Positions 57,553-64,000 of a DNA stretch of 64,000 bases are shown here, piece by piece (position 1 is the first letter of the stretch; each line of letters begins with the position of its first letter). The position numbers were made by a program, and so were the translations under genes. The stretch comes from Clostridia bacterium (GTDB lineage Bacteria; Bacillota; Clostridia; Oscillospirales; Acutalibacteraceae), in NCBI GenBank assembly GCA_017503135.1, contig JAFVTQ010000002.1, positions 171,502 to 235,501 on the forward strand, read 5' to 3'. The notes under the pieces were generated by a model. The model saw only the letters and a program-made list of their open reading frames with translations, was not told the DNA's origin and searched no databases.

Positions 57553-59049
57553 TTATTTAACGCTTGCGATAAATCTTTTAAACTGTGCTTTGCCTTCTTC
57601 TGTTCTGTCGAACACACCACATTGACCGAGAATTGCAGTGAATACAAGCCCGATTTCATCACGAAGAATCTGGTCACAATTATCTGCATTTATATCACTA
57701 AATTTTGCTTTAATTGCTTCAGCCCAGTCTGCATGCTTTGCAATTCTCTCATCTGCTTTAATGTCTTTATTTTCGAGAATAGCATCTTTTAAAAGTGCCA
57801 TTTCTGTTTTAAGACGAGATGGTAAAACTGCAAGCCCCATAACCTCAATAAGACCGATATTTTCTTTCTTGATGTTATGATATTCGGGGTGCGGATGATA
57901 GAAACCATCAGGATATTCTTCTGTTGTGATATTGTTTCGAAGAACAAGGTCGATTTCATATTTGCCGTCTTTAAATCGTGCAATCGGTGTAATAGTGTTA
58001 TGTATTTCACCGTCTGTGAATGCATAGATAAATGCTTCTTCGTCGGTATAATCACGCCAAGTTGCAAGAATTTTGCCTGCCAATTCACAAATTCTGTCAG
58101 TATCGTTACCTCTTAAACGGATAACGCTCATAGGCCATTTAACGATACCCGCTTTAATGTCAGAATAGCCCTCAAAAGCGATTTCATCTTCAATAGGTGC
58201 AGTTTCCATTGCGAATGTATAACTACCACCCTGGAAGTGCTCGTGAGTAAGAATTGAGCCACCTGCAATTGGCAAGTCTGAGTTTGAGCCAATGAAATAG
58301 TGTGGGAATTTTTTAACGAAGTCAAAAAGTCTTCTGAATTTCTTTTCAGATATTTTCATTGGTGTGTGCGCATCATCAAACACGATGCAATGCTCGTTAT
58401 AATAAACATAGGGTGAATATTGTAAGTATGCATCGACACCGTCAAGGCAAATTGGAATAACTCTGTGATTTTGTCTTGCTGGGTGATTAACTCGACCTGC
58501 ATAGCCTTCGTTTTCTTTGCAGAGCATACAAGTTGGATATGAGCTTTGCTCCATCTTTGTTGCTGCCGCGATTGCTTTAGGGTCTTTTTCAGGCTTTGCA
58601 AGGTTGATTGTAATGTCAATGTCACCGTATTCTGTTTTTGTTATCCATTTAACGTCATTCTTGATTCTGTATTCACGAATATAGTCAGATTTTTTTGCAA
58701 GATTATAGTAATAATCTGTTGCCTCTTTTGGTGAAATCTCATATTTTTCCTTAAATGTCTTGATTACTTCTGATGGTCTTGGTGTGAGCACACCCATAAT
58801 TTTTGTGTCAAATAAATCTTTATAAACAACCGAATCTTCGCAGAGCCCTTTTTCAACAGCAAAGTCAAGTATAACTTTAAGAATTTCTTCAAGGTCAGCC
58901 TCCGGATTTGCTTGTGTTTCTGAATCAAAACTATCAAGAGCAAGAATTTCGAGCACACGGTTTGTTGCCCAAATTTTATCTTCTTTTTCGATTAAATTTT
59001 CTTTGATTGCATATTCAATAAGAGATTTTATTGCTTCATAGATATTCAT
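57553..59049 (-). CDS. galT: UDP-glucose--hexose-1-phosphate uridylyltransferase (type 2 GalT of Firmicutes)
   Basis: About 500 aa. The N-terminus (IKSLIEYAIKENLIEKEDKIWATNRVL), CMLCKENEGY, and the HEHFQGG active-site motif fit this family. Confidence 0.85.
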   Translation of the reverse strand: MNIYEAIKSLIEYAIKENLIEKEDKIWATNRVLEILALDSFDSETQANPEADLEEILKVILDFAVEKGLCEDSVVYKDLFDTKIMGVLTPRPSEVIKTFKEKYEISPKEATDYYYNLAKKSDYIREYRIKNDVKWITKTEYGDIDITINLAKPEKDPKAIAAATKMEQSSYPTCMLCKENEGYAGRVNHPARQNHRVIPICLDGVDAYLQYSPYVYYNEHCIVFDDAHTPMKISEKKFRRLFDFVKKFPHYFIGSNSDLPIAGGSILTHEHFQGGSYTFAMETAPIEDEIAFEGYSDIKAGIVKWPMSVIRLRGNDTDRICELAGKILATWRDYTDEEAFIYAFTDGEIHNTITPIARFKDGKYEIDLVLRNNITTEEYPDGFYHPHPEYHNIKKENIGLIEVMGLAVLPSRLKTEMALLKDAILENKDIKADERIAKHADWAEAIKAKFSDINADNCDQILRDEIGLVFTAILGQCGVFDRTEEGKAQFKRFIASVK

Positions 59050-59143
59050 TACAATACCCCCTAAACATCTAATAATATTATAAAGATTTTTTCACATTTT
59101 TCAATAGTAAAATAACAAAAAAGACGATGCATTTTAACATCGT

Positions 59144-60220
59144 CTATTTTTCTGCTTCATAATCAAATGTATAATTTTTAAATCCATCGGAATAGATTTG
59201 TTCACCGTCATTCATAACCCACATTGCTTCAACATTTTCTGTTTCTTCAACAAGTTTCTTGCCGTCTTCATAATCCATAAGGAATAAAGCTGTTGACATT
59301 GCATCGCCAAGACCTGAATCATTTGTAAGAACTGACACTGAACGGTATTTTGTACCAGGCATCAATGTTTCAGGGTCAATTATATGATGATAATTTTCGC
59401 CATTAACCACATAAAATCTCTGATAAGAGCCACTTGTTACAACTGACTCACCAGCTATTTTGAGATATTCAATAAATGGCTTTTCTTTATTCTCTGTATC
59501 AGGATTTTCAATGCCGACCTTCCATTTTTCTCTATCTGCCATACCGATTGTGCGCACATTACCGCCCACATTGAGAATATAGCCTGTTACACCCTTTTCT
59601 TCAAGGTGTTTTGCGATTTGCTCAACGGCATATCCCTTAGCAATTGCACCCACATCAAGCGTCATTTGTGGGTCTGCTAAAAATACTGTGTTATTCTCTT
59701 CGTCAATAACCAAATCATTGATATTTGTGTGCTTTGATGCCTCTTCAAGTTTATCCATTGGTGGCAATTCCGCATTAACAGGGTCATCTAAACCGTCGTT
59801 GCGATAAATATGCCAGATTTTGAGCACACTACCCATTGCAATATTCACATTGCCGTTGGTTTTTTGATACATTTCCTTTGCAAATATGAGCATATCAATA
59901 ATTTTTTTATCAACAGTTACAACATCATGCTTTCCGTCATTGACATCATTGATGGTAACAAGGTTGTTAAGCCCTTCATAACGGTTATAAATGGTGAAAA
60001 GTCGATGATATTCATTAAGCAAAGTTTTGATTTCTTCGCAAGTCGCGTCAAATTCTTCTTGAGTTTTTTCATAACCGATTATTGTTGTCGCTGTATCAAA
60101 ATAGTCAAAATAATAATTGCTATATTTATTAAGTTTTGATTTTTCTTCACAACCAACAAAAGTCAATATCTGTATAAAGAGAATTGACATTGCCATAAAT
60201 ATTGAAATCACTTTTTTCAT
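59144..60220 (-). CDS. apbE: FAD:protein FMN transferase (ApbE family), lipoprotein
   Basis: Lipobox LTFVGC after MKKVISIFMAMSILFIQI, plus ApbE motifs (LDVGAIAKGYA, VTSGSYQRF, HHIIDP). ATG 60220 was chosen. Confidence 0.85.
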   Translation of the reverse strand: MKKVISIFMAMSILFIQILTFVGCEEKSKLNKYSNYYFDYFDTATTIIGYEKTQEEFDATCEEIKTLLNEYHRLFTIYNRYEGLNNLVTINDVNDGKHDVVTVDKKIIDMLIFAKEMYQKTNGNVNIAMGSVLKIWHIYRNDGLDDPVNAELPPMDKLEEASKHTNINDLVIDEENNTVFLADPQMTLDVGAIAKGYAVEQIAKHLEEKGVTGYILNVGGNVRTIGMADREKWKVGIENPDTENKEKPFIEYLKIAGESVVTSGSYQRFYVVNGENYHHIIDPETLMPGTKYRSVSVLTNDSGLGDAMSTALFLMDYEDGKKLVEETENVEAMWVMNDGEQIYSDGFKNYTFDYEAEK

Positions 60221-60356
60221 TTTATCACCACCGATAATAGAATCCGTAAAAATAAGCAAAATAAAACCTAATTTTAAAATTCGACTTTATTTCAACTATT
60301 TTCAAAAAAATGAGGATGTTGCGTTAACAACATCCCCGAATTTTTAATAAGCCAAA

Positions 60357-61376
60357 TTATGCTTTTGCAGCAGCTTCAGCAGCTTTAATCATATCGCCGA
60401 TAGCCATTGTGCAACCTGCTGTTGCGATATCGCCTGTTGCGTATCCGTCAGCACCTGCAAGAGCTGCGAAATCAGCAGCTGTCTTACCAACAAGAGCCTT
60501 GTCGAATTCGCCAGCCTGAGCATACCATTCAAGTGGTTGGCCTTCGCTACCGTCATGCTTTTTGCCGTATTTAGCCATATTGTATTCATCGCCCTGTTCA
60601 AGCTTTGACTTAACAGCAACTGTTGCGTCATATGTAGCTTCGCCCTTAGCGTTGAATGTAATCTTACCCTGTGTGCAGTCTGTCTTAGCAATTACAACTT
60701 TGCCTTCTGCATCTGTAACAGCAGCAACGATTGTTGTGTCAACCTGATTGAGACCATCGTTTTCTGCGTCAGCATCTTTGTTTGAGTATGATGCTGATGT
60801 AACGAGAGCAATTTTGAGTGTGTTTTCTGCTGTTGCAGCTGAATCAACTGCATTAGCAACTGCCTTTTCAAGAGCGCCAACGAATTCGCCAACATTGATT
60901 GTGCAACCTGCAGCTGCAAGGTCACCAATAGCATATTTGTCTTCGCCCATGAAAGCCTTAACTTCATCAAATGTCTTACCAACTGCAAGTTCCATGAACT
61001 TATCAGCCTGAACATTCCACTCTAAAGCTTTGCCGTCGCTACCGTCATGCTTCTTACCAAAAGCAGCCATGTTGTAGTCTGTGCCTTTGTCATACTTTGT
61101 TCTGAAGTCTTCAACGTCAACTTTTTTGCCATCTTCTGTCCATGATGGTTTGATTTGAGCTGTGTCAAGGTCAATCTTTACGATTTTGTTGTCAGCATCA
61201 AGAAGAACTGCAACTGCTGTTGTGTTGAATTCACCAGCTGTAGCCTTAGCTTCGCCATAGTTAGCAACTACGCCAAGACCGAACTTAAGAGTAGCCTCTT
61301 TCTTACCGCAACCTGCAAGAGCAATAACTGTGAAGAGCATTACTACTACAAGTGCCACACTAAGAATCTTTTTCAT
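60357..61376 (-). CDS. Lipoprotein with two tandem FMN_bind-like modules (PplA-like), atypical AGCT motif
   Basis: Lipobox IALAGC. An internal duplication shows as ...YNMAAFGKKHDGSDGKALEWNVQADKF..GDLAAAGCTINV versus ...YNMAKYGKKHDGSEGQPLEWYAQAGEF..GDIATAGCTMAI. Confidence 0.6.
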   Translation of the reverse strand: MKKILSVALVVVMLFTVIALAGCGKKEATLKFGLGVVANYGEAKATAGEFNTTAVAVLLDADNKIVKIDLDTAQIKPSWTEDGKKVDVEDFRTKYDKGTDYNMAAFGKKHDGSDGKALEWNVQADKFMELAVGKTFDEVKAFMGEDKYAIGDLAAAGCTINVGEFVGALEKAVANAVDSAATAENTLKIALVTSASYSNKDADAENDGLNQVDTTIVAAVTDAEGKVVIAKTDCTQGKITFNAKGEATYDATVAVKSKLEQGDEYNMAKYGKKHDGSEGQPLEWYAQAGEFDKALVGKTAADFAALAGADGYATGDIATAGCTMAIGDMIKAAEAAAKA

Positions 61377-61408
61377 TGTGTTTTTCTCCTTTTAAAATTT
61401 TTATTTTA

Positions 61409-61468
61409 TGTGGAAATATTTCCACACGCTTACGCGTTGATTATCGCATAAAAAATAGTTTCTGTCAA
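61409..61468 (-). promoter_or_regulatory. Promoter plus an 18 bp perfect palindromic operator in front of the lipoprotein gene
   Basis: Minus strand reads TTGACA (61468-61463), a 17 nt spacer, then GATAAT (61445-61440). TGTGGAAATATTTCCACA (61409-61426) sits just downstream of the predicted start site. Confidence 0.5.
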
Positions 61469-61511
61469 TATTTTCATAAGAAAATATCCACCAGAAACTA
61501 TTACAACTTTG

Positions 61512-62015
61512 TTATAATTTTATTTTTTCAAAGCGCTTTAAAATAACAGATGCTACTAATCCAACAAAAACGCCTGCAATTGTACCTGTAATAGACAAAA
61601 TCAACATATAATAGCCTATCTGACTAGTCTCAAAAATTGCCATTGCAACGAGAATTTGTCCCAAGTTATGAGCAATGCCACCCACAATACTGACACCCAC
61701 CATTGAGAATAAATTCACCTTTTTGCAAAGGGTCATCAATGCAAGGCTGAATACTGCACCCGCAACACTATAAATAAGAGTCATAGCATTGCCAAACAAC
61801 AATGCAACCAAGAAAAGTCTTATTGCAGAAACTGTTATGGCATCTTTAAGACCGGTTTTATAGAGTATGAAAATTATTATTATATTTGGAAGTCCAATTT
61901 TGATACCTGGTACTGCTGACCAGATAGGTGGCAAAATTGCTTCAACATAAGATAAAACAAGTGCCACAGCAGTAACAAGCCCCAACACCGCATATCTTCT
62001 TATATCTTTTTTCAT
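61512..62015 (-). CDS. Gx transporter family membrane protein (Hpre_diP_synt_I / PF07456-like)
   Basis: Five-TM protein reading LGLVTAVALVLSYVE..LP...PGIKIGLPNI....L.. as in this family. Confidence 0.7.
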   Translation of the reverse strand: MKKDIRRYAVLGLVTAVALVLSYVEAILPPIWSAVPGIKIGLPNIIIIFILYKTGLKDAITVSAIRLFLVALLFGNAMTLIYSVAGAVFSLALMTLCKKVNLFSMVGVSIVGGIAHNLGQILVAMAIFETSQIGYYMLILSITGTIAGVFVGLVASVILKRFEKIKL

Positions 62016-62024
62016 ATTTTACTC

Positions 62025-62426
62025 CTAAACGGCAACATCAATGCCACCGTCAGCGTTTTGATTTGTAATCTCAATTACAAGTTTGTGCGGAAGACAAACA
62101 ACAGTTTCACCCGCATAGGACACTGCTCTTGTTTCAACACAGATTTTATCGGGGCAATCGGCTTCACTGATTGATGCTTTACCGTCTTTTATCACAAGCA
62201 CATTAATATGCTCATCATTATCCCCTGTTTTTATGGGAACTTCACGATTTTCAGCAAGTGGATATGATGCTATTTGTGTACCATTGACCTTAACTGAAAC
62301 AGTTGTGCCTTGCTCACGATTAAAGACAAAAAGCAAAAGTCCCGCCGTCGCTATAAGGACTATAACGACGGCAAGGATTATATCGTTTCTTAACTTTTGA
62401 TTTTTTTGAGAATTATTATTCTTCAT
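62025..62426 (-). CDS. NusG domain II-containing protein (DUF1312), membrane anchored
   Basis: An N-terminal TM, then the pattern VKVNGTQIASYPL...ISEADCPDKICV....S..GETVVCLPHKLVIEI. Confidence 0.7.
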   Translation of the reverse strand: MKNNNSQKNQKLRNDIILAVVIVLIATAGLLLFVFNREQGTTVSVKVNGTQIASYPLAENREVPIKTGDNDEHINVLVIKDGKASISEADCPDKICVETRAVSYAGETVVCLPHKLVIEITNQNADGGIDVAV

Positions 62427-62430
62427 AAAA

Positions 62431-63240
62431 TCAACCGATTACTCCATTTTTCATATCAACGATTTTCAAACGACCTGTTGGACAAACCTCTGCACACTTG
62501 CCACAGTCTTCGCACTTAGCGTAGTCGATAACTGCAAGATTGTCAATAACCTTGATTGCATCGTGTTCACAAGTTTTTTCACACTTTTTGCAACCAAGAC
62601 AAGCGTTCATACAGTTTTTACGAGCAACTGCTCCCTTTTCCTTGTTGCTACAAGCAACTGCAACAACAACGTCTTCGCCAACAAGAGAGATAACTCCCTT
62701 AGGACAAGTTTTAACGCATTTGCCACAAGCTATACAAGTTTTGGGGTCAATTCTTGCAAGAGTATCTTTAACAGAAATTGCACCTACCGGACATTCTGCT
62801 ACACAGTCGCCAAGACCGATACAACCAAATTTACAAGAAAATGGTCCACCATAAACCATTGTTGCTGCTTTACAGCTTTGAAGTCCTTCATAAACTGCTT
62901 TCTGTGCTACTGCTGAGCAATCACCACTACAGTTTACATAAGCAACCTTTGGAGCTTCAACACTGATTTCAACGCCCAAGACTGCTGAAAGCTGACCTGC
63001 AACATCAGGACCACCTGGGATACAAAGATTTGCTTCTGCTTTGCCTTCTGCTACTGCCTGAGCATAAGCGTCACAACCTGCAAATCCACAAGCACCACAG
63101 TTAGCACCTGGAAGACATTCACGAACCGCTTTAACAGTTTCGTTTTCTTCAACCTTGAAGAAGTGAGATGCCAATGCAAGCATAATACCTGCAATAAGGC
63201 CAATTACAACTGCAACAAGAAGAGCTATTAAAATATTCAT
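62431..63240 (-). CDS. rnfB: Rnf electron transport complex subunit B (Fe-S)
   Basis: An N-terminal TM, LPGANCGACGFAGC, and several CxxCxxCxxxCP ferredoxin motifs. Confidence 0.9.
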   Translation of the reverse strand: MNILIALLVAVVIGLIAGIMLALASHFFKVEENETVKAVRECLPGANCGACGFAGCDAYAQAVAEGKAEANLCIPGGPDVAGQLSAVLGVEISVEAPKVAYVNCSGDCSAVAQKAVYEGLQSCKAATMVYGGPFSCKFGCIGLGDCVAECPVGAISVKDTLARIDPKTCIACGKCVKTCPKGVISLVGEDVVVAVACSNKEKGAVARKNCMNACLGCKKCEKTCEHDAIKVIDNLAVIDYAKCEDCGKCAEVCPTGRLKIVDMKNGVIG

Positions 63241-63257
63241 AACCTATTTGCCCTCCC

Positions 63258-63854
63258 TTATGCAAGAATGTTTTCAACGATTCCGGCAAAGCCGAAGAAT
63301 GCCATTGAAATAAATGATGCTGCCACAAGTGTTACGGGAAGTCCCTTGAAGTTTTCAGGAACATCACTCTCTTCAATGCGTGAGCGCATACCTGAGAAGA
63401 GTACCATTGCAAGCAAGAAACCAAGTCCGCAACCAAGTGAGCTTACCATTGATTCGATAAAGTTATATCCATCTGTAATGTTATTGATTGTTACACCAAG
63501 AACTGCACAGTTTGTTGTGATAAGTGGAAGATATACGCCAAGGCTCTGGTGAAGAGCTGGAATAGTTTTCTTCAAGAAAATCTCAATAAACTGAACAAGT
63601 GAAGCAATAACGAGAATGAATACGATTGTCTGTAAATAGCCAAGTCCGAATTCATTAAGAATAAATGTCTGAATAGGCCATGTAACTGCTGTAGCTACGA
63701 GCATAACGAAGATAACTGCGATGCCCATACCAACTGACTGATTAACTTTCTTTGATACGCCAAGGAATGGGCAAATACCAAGGAAACGGTTGAGAACATA
63801 GTTATCAACCAAAACAGATGACATCAAAATAATAATCAATGCTTTAACATCCAT
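63258..63854 (-). CDS. rnfA: Rnf electron transport complex subunit A
   Basis: LVDNYVLNRFLGICPFLGVSK...GVYLPLITTNCAVLG is the RnfA/NqrE signature. Confidence 0.9.
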   Translation of the reverse strand: MDVKALIIILMSSVLVDNYVLNRFLGICPFLGVSKKVNQSVGMGIAVIFVMLVATAVTWPIQTFILNEFGLGYLQTIVFILVIASLVQFIEIFLKKTIPALHQSLGVYLPLITTNCAVLGVTINNITDGYNFIESMVSSLGCGLGFLLAMVLFSGMRSRIEESDVPENFKGLPVTLVAASFISMAFFGFAGIVENILA

Positions 63855-63855
63855 C

Positions 63856-64000
63856 TTATTCGCCCTCCTTTACTGATTCTGCACAACCACCGCTGCAAGA
63901 TGCTGCTGATGGACAGCCTTCGCAACCAAATTCCTTTTTCTTGATAAGCTTGCCTTTTGTAATCTTATTAACAACTGCAATAAGAAGACCATAAACCAAA
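63856..64000 (-). CDS. rnfE: Rnf complex subunit E, C-terminal end only (5' part outside the window)
   Basis: My translation gives ...LVYGLLIAVVNKITKGKLIKKKEFGCEGCPSAASCSGGCAESVKEGE*. Assigned from the conserved rnf(C-D-G-)E-A-B order, because the fragment itself is short. Confidence 0.55.
   Translation of the reverse strand, partial: LVYGLLIAVVNKITKGKLIKKKEFGCEGCPSAASCSGGCAESVKEGE

Overview
A 64 kb chromosomal segment of a low-GC (about 38-40%) strictly anaerobic Firmicute. Gene content looks like a Clostridia or Ruminococcaceae-type gut or rumen organism, but taxonomy cannot be confirmed without a search. Most of the window is housekeeping and carbohydrate metabolism. It includes uxuA, rsmI, rlmB, obg, mrnC, lepA, hemW, metA, xth and galT. 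It also has intracellular glycoside hydrolases of GH29, GH31, GH33-like and two GH43 types, MATE and MFS transporters, and the rnfE/A/B end of an Rnf operon. Reading the intergenic DNA by eye gave four cis-regulatory RNAs that the ORF track cannot show. One is a ZTP (pfl-motif) riboswitch ahead of pflB-pflA-fhs. The other three are T-box leaders on the minus strand. By manual Stem I folding, their specifier codons are CUC (Leu), GUA (Val) and AUC (Ile). These T-boxes do not precede aminoacyl-tRNA synthetases or ilv/leu genes. They drive three acyl-CoA ligases, a four-subunit 2-oxoacid:ferredoxin oxidoreductase, a P-loop NTPase and a catalytically degenerate LeuA-like protein. Two of the ligases are tandem paralogues fused to an XRE-HTH plus cupin module. 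The third is fused to a xylose-isomerase-like TIM barrel. I read this 13 kb block (13.9-27.1 kb) as a candidate branched-chain fatty acid to branched-chain amino acid reductive-carboxylation regulon, and it is the main finding. Other notable items:
- a P1B-ATPase-derived pseudoenzyme next to mgtC
- an ECF sigma factor translationally coupled to a membrane-anchored serpin
- a tandem FMN_bind-like lipoprotein with an unusual AGCT motif, between rnf/NusG_II/Gx-transporter genes and apbE
- an unlisted rubredoxin ORF
- an HTH-desulfoferrodoxin fusion
- a tRNA-Pro with a nearby duplicated 3' end and a structured RNA-like region
- a triple-operator XRE locus
- a tandem terminator-containing repeat
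- a GC-rich hairpin element flanked by 9 bp direct repeats
All calls come from manual reading and translation. No database searches were run.
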